Shown here: piece by piece, positions 22,116 to 32,200 of the stretch
Layout of the letters: every line of letters starts with the position of its first letter
Position numbering within the stretch: position 1 is the stretch's first letter
NCBI GenBank assembly: GCA_963771175.1
Contig: CAVYSY010000056.1
Span: 96,001 to 160,000 of the forward strand
Source of the DNA: an uncultured delta proteobacterium
Lineage (GTDB): Bacteria > Myxococcota > Myxococcia > Myxococcales > Myxococcaceae
Direction of reading: 5' to 3'
DNA: 64,000 nucleotides
The notes under the pieces: generated by a model
What the model was told of the DNA's origin: nothing
The model's input: only the letters and a program-made list of their open reading frames with translations
Database searches by the model: none
Translations under genes and position numbers: made by a program

Positions 22116-22832
22116 TCAAGGCGTCCAAAAGAGGGTGAGGAAGGGCTTGTGGCGCCGGAACGCGGTCACCAGCGCGGTGAACGCGGTCCGCGCGGCGGGC
22201 GCCACGGAGGCGTCGAGCCTCAGGTCGCACCTGCGCCACACGACAACCGCGGGCTCGCGGGCTCGCGCACGCCACGTCTCGAGCGCGTCGTCCAGGCAGG
22301 ACGGCCAGTCCACCGGGCCGAGGGGGCGCCGCAGAGGGAGGTCCACTTCGACGCACAGCCAGCGCACGAAGTCGGCCACGTCGGTGATGGGGGCGCTCGG
22401 CGCGAACGTGAGCAGGCGGTAGCGTGCGGCGTCCGCCGGCGCCGGGCGCAGCAGCACCCGCTCGACAGAAAGGCAGGCGCCACCCACATTGTCACAGTCA
22501 GCGACGAGCGTGCCCAGCAGGTGCCCGGCGGCACAGGCGAGGTTGGGGCCGGAGCGACCGCTGGGCCCGCAGCACCCGTCGGCCTCTCCCACGAAGGAGA
22601 CGCCCTGCAGGCTGTCGTTCGCGACGAGCCACCCGCCGGAGAAAGCCTCGAGCCCCGGCAGCGGTTGCTCCTGGGGTGGGACGAAGAAGCCCGCGGGAAT
22701 GGCTGGCCAGCCCGCCGCGGGCCGCACCAGGTCGGACGGCACGGAGAGTTCCTCCAGCGCTCCGGAGAGGGGGGACTCACACCGGGCGCACTGGAACTGC
22801 CAGCTCGAGTCTGACTTGGGACTCGACATCAT
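22116..22832 (-). CDS. Hypothetical Cys-rich Zn-binding protein with a barstar-like C-terminal domain
   Basis: GAGGAG RBS; CARC..GCCGPSG..GPNLAC..GH..GT..ADC; C-terminus resembles the barstar pattern. Confidence 0.55.
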   Translation of the reverse strand: MMSSPKSDSSWQFQCARCESPLSGALEELSVPSDLVRPAAGWPAIPAGFFVPPQEQPLPGLEAFSGGWLVANDSLQGVSFVGEADGCCGPSGRSGPNLACAAGHLLGTLVADCDNVGGACLSVERVLLRPAPADAARYRLLTFAPSAPITDVADFVRWLCVEVDLPLRRPLGPVDWPSCLDDALETWRARAREPAVVVWRRCDLRLDASVAPAARTAFTALVTAFRRHKPFLTLFWTP

Positions 22833-22954
22833 AGAGGTCTCCTCACACGACATTCCCCGAGAGGGTGTCAAAGAATTTGAGCAGCACGACCCGGCACGAC
22901 ACGCGGCGGGAAATGGCTCTTCTGTAGCACCCGTCCACGCCGAGTCTCGTGCGG

Positions 22955-24571
22955 CTACCCGTCCTTCTCGCACAGCACGTTGAGCAGGACGTGCCGCTTG
23001 CCGGTGCGCACCAGCTCGAGCGCCTCGCGCAGCTTCCCGGGCAGCTCGGCCGGAGTCTCCGCGCGCAGACCGATTCCGCCGCAGGCCTCCGCCACCTTCT
23101 CGTAGTCCACCGGGGTGGCGAAGTCCGTCAGGGCGAAGCGCCCCTTGCGCACGCTCGTGCCCTCGGTGCTCCAGCCCTGGTCGTTGAAGACGATGACGAG
23201 GACGGGCAGCCCCTCGGCCGCCGCCACCGAGTGCGCGGACAGCGGCGTGTTGAAGAGGTACGAGCCAGCCCCCACCGTCACCACCATGGTGCGCTCGGGC
23301 GCCGCCAGCTTCGCGCCCAGCGCCGCCCCGAGCGACCAGCCCAGGCCGTTCGCGCACGAGTTCTCGAACCACGAGTCCGGCCGGCGCCTCGGCACCATCA
23401 GCGGGTCCAGGTCGCCCTCATTGAAGAGGACCACGTCGTCCTCCACGAGCTGGCCGATGACCCTCGACAGATGGGCCTTGGTGATGCGCGGCGCACTGGC
23501 GGCCTGCTCGGCCGTCTCGCGCGCCGTGCCGAACGTCCGCTCGTGCAACTGCGCCAGCTCGATCACCACCTCGCCCGTGCGACCCAGGCGCTCGGCGAGG
23601 GCTCGCAGCGTGGCGGCCGGGTCTCCCGCCAGCGACAGGTCCGAGGGGAACCCGCGGAACGGAATGTCCGAGAAGAGCGGATCCACGCCAATCTGGATGA
23701 CCCGCGTCGAGGCCGAGGGATTCCCGGACGAGGGACTCCACGGCACCGGGCACTCCACCGCGAGGATGAGGTCCGCGTCGCGCACGTGGGGCGAGGGGTC
23801 GAACCCGAGGTGGTGCGGGTGCTCGGTGGGGAAGTTGTAGAAGTTGCGCTTGCCGTGCTCGATGACGCCGATGCCCGCGCGCTCGGAGAGGGATTGGAGG
23901 GCCTCGGGGCCGCCCATGTGCCGCCCGAGGTCCGCGGTGATGATGAGCGGCCGGCGCGCCTCGCGCAGCCACTGCATGGCGAGCTCCAGCGACGTCTCGT
24001 CCGGGAACGAGGGCCGAGAGGGCGTCTGCCGGGCCCGGGGAGATAGCGCGGCCGGGGCCGCCGTCTCACACAGCGGCTCCTTGGGGAGCGAGAGGTACAC
24101 GGGGCCCGCGGGGTCGCTCGCGGCGATGGCCAGCGCCCGGTCCACCACCGCCTCCAACGAGTGGGGGCCCTTCAGCTCGTAGTCCCACTTGGTGAACTCC
24201 CCGTCCTCGTACCAGGGGGTGCGGCCCGCCATGACCAGCATGGGCACGCGGGCGCGCCGCGCGTTGATGAGCCCCATGCCGATGTTCGCCGTGCCCACGT
24301 TCACGTGCACCATCACCGCCTGCGGCTTGCGCGACAGCAGCGCGTGTCCGTGGGCCATGACCACCGTGGTGCTCTCATGCGGGCACTGCACGACGCGCAG
24401 CGCGAAACCCGGGGCATCCTCCAGCCGCGCCAACCCATCGATGATGGGCGTGAAGTCCGTGCCCGAGTTGGCGAACAGCACCTCCACCCCGCGCAGGGAC
24501 AGCAGGCGCAGGAGCCGTTGCGCCGTGGTCTCCGCGGGCGCGGCGGCCAACAAACCTCTCTCGTTGCTCAT
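22955..24571 (-). CDS. Thiamine diphosphate-dependent enzyme family protein (ALS-like), apparently degenerate
   Basis: FANSGTDF, CPHE, HVNVGTAN, KWDYEL, GPVYLSLP, GLGWSLGAALGAKLA; the GDG motif reads GAG. Confidence 0.8.
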   Translation of the reverse strand: MSNERGLLAAAPAETTAQRLLRLLSLRGVEVLFANSGTDFTPIIDGLARLEDAPGFALRVVQCPHESTTVVMAHGHALLSRKPQAVMVHVNVGTANIGMGLINARRARVPMLVMAGRTPWYEDGEFTKWDYELKGPHSLEAVVDRALAIAASDPAGPVYLSLPKEPLCETAAPAALSPRARQTPSRPSFPDETSLELAMQWLREARRPLIITADLGRHMGGPEALQSLSERAGIGVIEHGKRNFYNFPTEHPHHLGFDPSPHVRDADLILAVECPVPWSPSSGNPSASTRVIQIGVDPLFSDIPFRGFPSDLSLAGDPAATLRALAERLGRTGEVVIELAQLHERTFGTARETAEQAASAPRITKAHLSRVIGQLVEDDVVLFNEGDLDPLMVPRRRPDSWFENSCANGLGWSLGAALGAKLAAPERTMVVTVGAGSYLFNTPLSAHSVAAAEGLPVLVIVFNDQGWSTEGTSVRKGRFALTDFATPVDYEKVAEACGGIGLRAETPAELPGKLREALELVRTGKRHVLLNVLCEKDG

Positions 24572-24954
24572 GACTCTCCCACTCGGGCGATGAGGGCCAG
24601 GGTGCTCGGAGCGGTGAAGCGAGGACGGAGGACAGCACGCAGCGCGAGTAGCGCGTGTCGCCACACGGACGCGCGCATGGTGCCGCCATGTTCCACCGCG
24701 ACCCCGATTCCATTCCAGACGCCCCATGCTCGCTCACGCACAAAGAACGCTCAACGTCTGGTTCTTCACTAAAATCAACTCCATCTCCGGCGCTGCGGGG
24801 CGCGTCGAGGTGGATGATGCGCTCGTTCACAGAGCGTTGCCCCTCGGGGACATCCAACCATGGAGGCGAGCCGTCGTTCCCGCCCACTGGCCGATGTCCC
24901 TCCGCTGGCGTGAGCACGACATTGCCGGAGTCCTGAACCAGAGGGGGGACACAC

Positions 24955-26271
24955 ATGGAGAGACGAAACACCTTCACGGGGCTCCGTTGGGCCCTGGTGT
25001 TTGGAGCGTTGCTGGCCGCCTGCGGACCCGTGCCCGATACCGAAGCACCGGAGGACGAGGTCGCCCAGGAGGAGTCCACCGAAGCCACCGCGCAGAGGAG
25101 AGCGCCCACGCCCTCCGCGGATCCACTGCCTCTCGCGCTCTCGGGCCCGGCCGTGGCCTACGGCGGGGGCAAGTTCCTGGTGGCGTGGTGGGACGTGCGG
25201 GAGGGCGGCGTCTACGCCACGCGCTTGAGGCCGGATGGCACGCTCGTCGATCCGGAGGGCATCCGGCTCAACATCGGCACCGAGGCCGGCGGGCCTCCCT
25301 CCATCGCCTATGACGGCAAGCAATTCGTCGTCGTCTGGGACGCGGGGGACACCATCGACGGCGTGCGCGTGAGGCCGGATGGCGAGGTGGTGGGGCCCGT
25401 CTTCACCGTCCTCAGATCGGACGAGTTCTTCGGCCCGGTCGACATCGCATGCTCCTCGAAGCTCTGCCTCGTCACCTTCTCGGTGGAGAGCGACGAGGGC
25501 AGCGTCATCAACGCCCGACGGGTGACCACAGGCGGCGTGGTGCTCCCCGAGCTCGTCAGAGGAATCACCACTGGAGCCAGGCTCGTGGGGGAGTCGACGG
25601 TGGCCTGGAACGGAAAGAACTTCCTCATCGCCTGGACCGACTCGCGTGGCGGAGAGGCAACGCCCGACATCTACGGCGCCCGGGTGAAGACGGATGGCAC
25701 GGTGCTGGACCCCGGCGGATTCCCCATCTCCGAGGCAGCCGGCGAGCAGCGCACTCCGGACGTCGTCTGGACGGGGCGGCGCTTCCTCGTCGTCTGGTCC
25801 GACGGCCGCGGCGGGGACCGGGACATCTTCGGAGCGCGCGTGCACTCCAGCGGGCGCGTGGACGACCCGGAGGGCGTGCCCATCGCCACCGGAACGGGGG
25901 ACCAGCTCTTCCCGGCCGTCGCCCACCACAACTCGAAGTCCCTCGTCGTCTGGCAGAGCGACATCGGCGGCTTGAGTCGCATCCGGGGCGCGCGCATCCA
26001 CGAGGATGGGACCGTGATGGATCCGGGCGCATTCGCCATCTCCAGCAGCGACTTCGATCGCGAGACCCTTCCGGACGTGGCCTACGGTGGAGGGCTCTTC
26101 CTGACGGCCTTCTCGGGCTCGGATTCGGAGGACCCCTCGGTGCCCGCGTTCATCCTCAGCGCGCGGGTGAACCACCAGACCCGCCTGCTGGACCTGAACA
26201 CCCTCACCCGCTCGTCCTCGCCGCCTCCGGTGAGCACGAGCGCACCGGCCCGACTCACGCCACTGCGGTGA
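24955..26271 (+). CDS. Lipoprotein built from about 50-aa internal repeats (probably beta-propeller-like)
   Basis: Lipobox LLAAC; repeated P-x-VA-(Y/W)-xG-x-x-FLV-x-W-x-D...IYGARV..DG.V.DP. Confidence 0.8.
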   Translation: MERRNTFTGLRWALVFGALLAACGPVPDTEAPEDEVAQEESTEATAQRRAPTPSADPLPLALSGPAVAYGGGKFLVAWWDVREGGVYATRLRPDGTLVDPEGIRLNIGTEAGGPPSIAYDGKQFVVVWDAGDTIDGVRVRPDGEVVGPVFTVLRSDEFFGPVDIACSSKLCLVTFSVESDEGSVINARRVTTGGVVLPELVRGITTGARLVGESTVAWNGKNFLIAWTDSRGGEATPDIYGARVKTDGTVLDPGGFPISEAAGEQRTPDVVWTGRRFLVVWSDGRGGDRDIFGARVHSSGRVDDPEGVPIATGTGDQLFPAVAHHNSKSLVVWQSDIGGLSRIRGARIHEDGTVMDPGAFAISSSDFDRETLPDVAYGGGLFLTAFSGSDSEDPSVPAFILSARVNHQTRLLDLNTLTRSSSPPPVSTSAPARLTPLR

Positions 26272-26329
26272 GCCCGGACTGAAGCTTCACCCCCGGGGCC
26301 GCTGCCCACCCGCTCGAGGGAGCGGCCCT

Positions 26330-28100
26330 GGCGCCCAGGACCAACACTGGAAGCGCAAGCGGGTGGATGAGGCGGGACTTGCCAATACCAGCCTCGCCGC
26401 GCAGCAGGACGAACGAGCCCCGCCCCTCCCGGGCCTCGTCCCAGAGCGTCAGGAGTCGCCGCAGCTCGGGCTCCCGTCCCACCAATGGCGTGAGCCCACC
26501 GGTCACGAGAGTCAGGTCGAACCGGACCCGGACCTCCCGCTCTCGCGCACGACACGGTGGACGGGCAGGAGTGTCAATCCCGTCAGGCCCTTGAAGGCAC
26601 GCGGTTCGAGGGCCTCCGTCTCGAAGGCCCCGCGCACCTGCCTCCAGGTCGTCTCGCCCAGGCGCACCTCCCCGGGCCTCGCGTGGCGCGAGAGCCAGGA
26701 CACCACCCGCGTGGCCTCGCCCTGCAAGGCGCTCCCGTCCAGGAGCAGGATGCCCGTGTGGAGACCCACCTTCGCTCCCAGCCCCGAGAGGGACAGGTGC
26801 GGCAGCCGCTCCTGGAGCAGCTCCGGCATGCCGTGGCTCAGGTGCAGCGCCGCGCGCACCGCACGCTCCGCGTCATCCTCGCGCACCTGTGGGCAACCGA
26901 AGCAGGCCATCACCTCGCCCGCCACGTACAGGCTCACCTTGCCGCCGTGCCGCCGGATGACCTCCTCACAGCCCTGCTGGAAGGCCGCCTCCACCTCCGC
27001 CAGCTCCTCGGCATCCAGCCGCCCCGCCATTCTCGGGAGGCCCGTGAGCTGACAGGAGAGCAGCACCAGGCGCTGACGCCGCGGAATCACCGGCCCGGAT
27101 TCCTCGAACCCGGGCCCGACGAGGCGCGACCGCAGCTCGTTCAGCTCCCACCGGAGCTGTCGCGCCGAAGGGAGGCGCCGGGCCGGGTCCTTGGCCAGGG
27201 CGGTGGCCAACAGCACGTCCACCTCCGGCGGCACCTCCGGGTTGCGCACGCGCACCGAGGGCACCGGCGCCTCCGAGGTCACCCGCTCGCGCAGCTCCGC
27301 CAGCGTCGCCCCCGAGAAGGGCACCCCGCCCGTGAGCATCTCGTACAGCACCACGCCCGCGGCCCAGACGTCCGTGCGCGCATCCTGCGCCTCGCCCCGC
27401 CACTGCTCCGGCGCCATATAGGCCGGAGTCCCCGCCGAGGGCAGCCGCGGCGCGCTCGTGGCGCTGGCCGCCATGCAGATGCGACAGGCCGAAGTCCAGC
27501 AGCTTCACCGTCCCCTGGCGGGTGAGGAAGACATTGCCCGGCTTGAGGTCGCGGTGGACGATGCGCCGCTCGTGCGCGTGCGCCAGGCCCGCGGCGATGC
27601 CGTCCAGCACCTCCAGCGCGCGCCGCACTTCCAGCCGTCCGCGCTTCAGCAGCGCGCCGAGCGACTGGCCCTCCAGGCACTCCATCACCAGGAAGGGGAC
27701 TCCCGGCTCGTACGGGAATGCCCACCCAATCGGACACGTCGAAGATGCGGACGATGTTCTTGTGGTCCAGCCGGGCCACCGCCCGCGCCTCCCTCAGCGC
27801 CTCCTCCTCGAAGCCCGCCCGGGGCAGGAGGAACTTGAGCGCCACCTCGCGGTGCAGCGTCCTGTCGGTCGCGCGGAAGACCTGGCCCATGCCCCCGCCG
27901 CCCATCCATTCGAGGACATGGTACCTGCGGCCATCCGGACCCCCGAGCCACTCCCCGGGAATCGGCAGCAGCGGCAACGGCTCGTCCTGGCGCAGCTTCC
28001 GAAGGAAGGAGTCCTCGAGGTCCGAGGCTCCCCAGGAGGCACGCCCCGCGCTCGGGGGTACTCCCCCGTGCTCGCCCTCCCGGCTGGCATTCCGGCTCAT
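26330..28100 (-). pseudogene. Decayed, truncated Ser/Thr kinase-cyclase-like-AAA gene (third paralog)
   Basis: [30 protein letters not shown], cyclase-like part and GEAGIGKS in four successive frames; internal deletions; similarity stops after ..RFQCWS. Confidence 0.85.
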
Positions 28101-28187
28101 CTCGCGCTCCCCTCTGGCTCCACTGCTTCAACCCTGGAGGGAGTGGCGAGGCCGAAGTTGTGAGCCCGGGAGAACGCGGGGAACGCT

Positions 28188-29186
28188 TCAGTGCCGAGTG
28201 ACGCCCGGAGCGGGGGCCAGCATCCGGGGGCCCAGTCGGTCCCGGTTGTGCGGTGCCAGCAGGTCCACCGCGGGCCCCATCGGGATGATGCGCGAGGGGT
28301 TCACCGTGTCCTGGCTCCAGAAGTAGTGCACCTTGATGTGCTCGACGTTCGTCGTCTCCGCGAAGCCAGGCGTCTGGTACAGGTCCAGCAGGTAGTTCCA
28401 CAGGTTGGGATAGTCCTGCAGCCGCGACAGGTTGCACTTGAAGTGCGAGTAGTAGACGAAGTCGAAGCGCACCAGCGTCGTATAGAAGCAGAGGTCCGCC
28501 TCGGTGAGCACCTCGCCGCACAGGTAGCGCCGCCGGTCCAGCACCTGCTCCCAGTGCTCCAGCGCGGTGAAGAGCTCCCGGCACGCCAATTCGTAGGCGC
28601 CCTGGCTCGTCGCGAAGCCCGCCTTGTACACGCCGTTGTTCACCGGCTCGTAGAGCGCGTCGATGGTCTCGTCCACCTGCTCGCGCAGGCCCTCGGGCCA
28701 CAGCGTCACCGGGTGCTCCGCGAAGGCGTCGAACTCGGTGTCCAGCATCCGCATCAGCTCGCGCGACTCGTTGTTCACGATGGTCCGCTCGCGCGCGTCC
28801 CACAGCACCGGCACCGTCACCCGCCCCGAGTAGTGCGGGTCCGCTCGTTGGTAGAGCTCCCGCAGGTAGTGCGCCCCGTTGAGCTTGTCCTCGTCCGAGC
28901 GCGGATAGCCTCCAAATCTCCAGCCCTCGCGCCCCATGCGCGGGTCCACCACCACCACGCCCACCGCCGCATCCAGCCCCTTCAGCTTGCGCATGAGGAG
29001 CGTGCGGCTCGCCCACGGACAGGCATAGGAGACATAGAGATGGTAGCGGCCCGCCTCCGCCGGGAAGCGCCCTTCCCCGCGCGCGGAGACCCGTTCATGG
29101 AAGCGCGTTCGCGGACGCACGAAGCGTCCGGCCTCGTCCGGGACGTACCAGTCCGTACGCCACTCTCCGTCCACCAGCATTCCCAC
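28188..29186 (-). CDS. Glutathionyl-hydroquinone reductase (YqjG/ECM4-like GST)
   Basis: GRYHLYVSYACPWA, TVPVLWD, IVNNES, NNGVYKAGFA, RFD.VY..HFKCN, NPSRIIP.GP. Confidence 0.92.
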   Translation of the reverse strand: MGMLVDGEWRTDWYVPDEAGRFVRPRTRFHERVSARGEGRFPAEAGRYHLYVSYACPWASRTLLMRKLKGLDAAVGVVVVDPRMGREGWRFGGYPRSDEDKLNGAHYLRELYQRADPHYSGRVTVPVLWDARERTIVNNESRELMRMLDTEFDAFAEHPVTLWPEGLREQVDETIDALYEPVNNGVYKAGFATSQGAYELACRELFTALEHWEQVLDRRRYLCGEVLTEADLCFYTTLVRFDFVYYSHFKCNLSRLQDYPNLWNYLLDLYQTPGFAETTNVEHIKVHYFWSQDTVNPSRIIPMGPAVDLLAPHNRDRLGPRMLAPAPGVTRH

Positions 29187-29284
29187 GAGAGCTCACCTCC
29201 GGTTGGGGAACGTTCGACACGTCGCGCCACGAGGACAACCACCCAGGCAGGCGGAGGAGCGGAGTCCACGCCGCACGCCAGCCC

Positions 29285-32200
29285 TCAAGGTTCGGCGGAA
29301 GATAGCCGGGGCGCCAGTCCCGGTCCGCTCGCCTGGAGTGCTTCCAGGAGCGCCCGCGCCTCCTCCGGTTGCTCCAGTTCCCGCAGCAGGCGGCTCAGGC
29401 TCTCCGTCACGCGCAGCTCGACGAGGCCGAGCCCCCGCTGACGGGCGAGCGCGAGGGCCAGGAGGAAGTGGGGCTTCGCCTCATGCGCCCGTCCATCCGC
29501 CCACAGCAGTTCTCCGTGCAGGTGGTGCAGCTCGACCTCGCTGTCGCGCTCTCCCGTGGCGTCCACCCCCGCCAGGGCCTCGTGCACCACGGCCAGTCCT
29601 TCCCGGACCCTCCCCAGCGTCAGGAGACTCTCCGCGAGCAGGTAGCCTTGAAAGGGCAACATGCTCCGAAAACCCAGGCTCCTCCAGTCGTCGATTCCCC
29701 GCCGGATGAGCACGAGCCCCTCCCGAGGCCGCCCCAGCCCGGACAGGCACCAGCCCTGGATGAGCCCCGCATAGGCCCGCAGCATCCCGTTGCCCTGCTC
29801 ACGGGAGAGCTCGATGCTCCGCTCCACCCGCTCCAGGGCTTCCCCCAGCTCGCCGCGGATGCGACAGCTCATGGCCGTGTAGAACAGCACGAGGCCCAAG
29901 GTCTGGGGATGGACGATGCGCTCGATCCATTCCACCGCCTCGCGGCCATACCGCCGGGCCTTGTCGACCTGGCCGAGCACCGAATAGATGACGGACGCGA
30001 AGGCCAGCGTCGCCGACCTGGGCTCAAGCCCCTGTCGTGTGGCCAATCGCCGGAGCTGCTCGAGCTCGAGCGGCAGGGAGGCCAGCACGCGCTCGGCGTG
30101 CTCGGCGGCGGCTCGCATCTGGCCGTAGGACACGAGGCTGCTGGTCATCATCCGGTGGCCCATGGAGAGCAACTCCTGGCTGTGCTGCCGCTCCCCCATG
30201 TCCACGAGCAGCCCTCCCAGCTCCAACGTCCGCTGAAACTCCGCCCCCACGAAGGCGTGGACCTGGAGGGACACGAAGCACAGCTCGGTTCGCGGCAACT
30301 CCTCGCCCACCTGGATGAAGAGTTCGCGGATCCGGGAGCACAGGCGCTCCATCTCGGGCGAGCCGTAGCCGTGCTGGTACGCCAGCGGGACGCCCAGGGC
30401 CATCAGGAGCTGCAACTCCTCGCGGAGGCGCCGCTCCGCATCCGGCAGGCCCGGCAACAGCTTCAAGGCCAGGGTGAGATGGTTCAGCGCTTCCCGGTAC
30501 GCCATGCGCTGGTTGGCGAGCTGCCCCGCCCGGAACCGGTAGCGGATGGCGGGCTCGACCTCCCCCGCCTCCGTGTAGTGGTGCGCGAGCATCTCCGGCT
30601 TCTTCTTCACCAGGTGGGGAAAGTGTTCCTCCAGGACTCGCGCGATATGCCGGTGGTGTTGCCGCCGCGTGCTCCGGGACAGGGACTGATACGCCGCGTC
30701 CTGGATGAGCGCGTGACGGAACTGGTACCCGGGCCCCTTATCCGCGCACGGCTCCGCTTGGAGCAGCCCCGCATCCACCAACCCGGCGAGCTCGCGCCCC
30801 AGCACATCGTCCTCCAGGTCCATCAGCGCGGCGATCAGCGCCCTCGGGAAGTCGCGCCCCACCACCGCGCAGAGCTGGGCCAGGGCCCTCTGGCGCGAGG
30901 GCAGCAGGTCCAGCCTCGCCAGCAGCAGCTCGTGCAGGGTGACCGGGATGGACGCCTCCGCCCCGCCCTCCAGCACCATGCGCGTCATCTCCTCGATGAA
31001 GAGCGGAATCCCGTCCGTCCTGCTCACCAGCCGCTGGACCGTCTCGTCCGGCAGCTCGCGGCCCTGGGCCACTTCCTTCACCAGCATCGCGGCGAGTCCG
31101 GCCGGCAGCCGCTCCAAGGCAAGCCGGTGGAACCAGGGATGCCGAGGCCAGTCCGGCTGCAGCTCCGGGCGGGAGCTCAGGACGACGAGGAGCCGCTCCT
31201 TCTCGATGCGCTCCAGGAGGAAGCCGAGGAACTCCAGCTCGAGGGAGTCGACCCAGTGCAGGTCCTCCACGACCAGCAGCACCGGCGCCTCACAACAGTG
31301 CCTGTGCAGGAGGATGCGCGCCAGCGCCTCGAAGATGCGCTCCTTGCGCCGCTCGGGCGTGAGGTGGTGCACCGGAGAGTCCTCGGGCACGGGCAGGGAC
31401 AAGAGCTGGCCCATCAGGTGCGTGTCCTCCGTGGACAGCCCCAGCTCCCCGAGCCGCTCCTCCAACTTCCGCAGACGCTGGTGCGGGGAGTCCTCCGGAC
31501 TGAACCGGGCCACGTCCTGGAGCAGCGCGATGGCCGGGTGCAGGGCGTGGGTGCTGAACCGGGACCAACACTGCACGCGCAGCAGCAGGGCCGACTCCGG
31601 TGCCACGCGCTCGCACAGCTCCTCGATGAGGCGGGACTTGCCGATCCCCGCCTCGCCACTCACCAGGACGAAGGACCCCTGCCCGCGCCACGCCCGCTCC
31701 CAGGGCTCCAGGAGCTGTGCCAGCTCAGACTCCCGCCCCACCAGCGGCAAGAGGCGCCCGGTCACGAGTGACTGATCGAACCGGGAGGTCACCCTCCGCT
31801 CGCCCAGCACGCCATGGGCCTCCAGGCGCAGGCTCCCCGAGAGGCCCTCGAAGACACGGGACCCGAGCGATGCGGTGAGGAAGGCTCCGCGCACGAGCTG
31901 CCAGGTCGTCTCACCGAGGAGCACGCCCCCGGGCCCGGCCTGTCGCGCGAGCCACTCGGCCACCCTCGGGGCCTCGCCCTGGACGGCCAGCCTTCCGCCG
32001 CCTCGCGAGCCCAACGCCTGCGCGCGCACGGTGACCCAATCGGTGTGGATGCCAGCTCTCACGACCAGGCCGGAGAGGGGCAGGTGCGGCAACTTGCGTT
32101 GGAGGGTGTCCCGCAGCTCCCGGGTGAGCTGGAGCCCCGCGCGCACCGCGCGCTCCGAGTCATCCTCTCGCCCCTGGGGACAGCCGAAGCAGGCGAGCAC

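Noticed and set aside
22866..22880. Minus-strand TTGACA overlapping a small TCAAA-N3-TTTGA palindrome
   Set aside because: No convincing -10 element at the right spacing; too short to support a promoter call.
24670..24685. Possible sigma54 promoter CGGCACCATGCGCGCG upstream of the ThDP gene
   Set aside because: Weak match at both -24 and -12; GG-N10-GC alone is common at this GC content.
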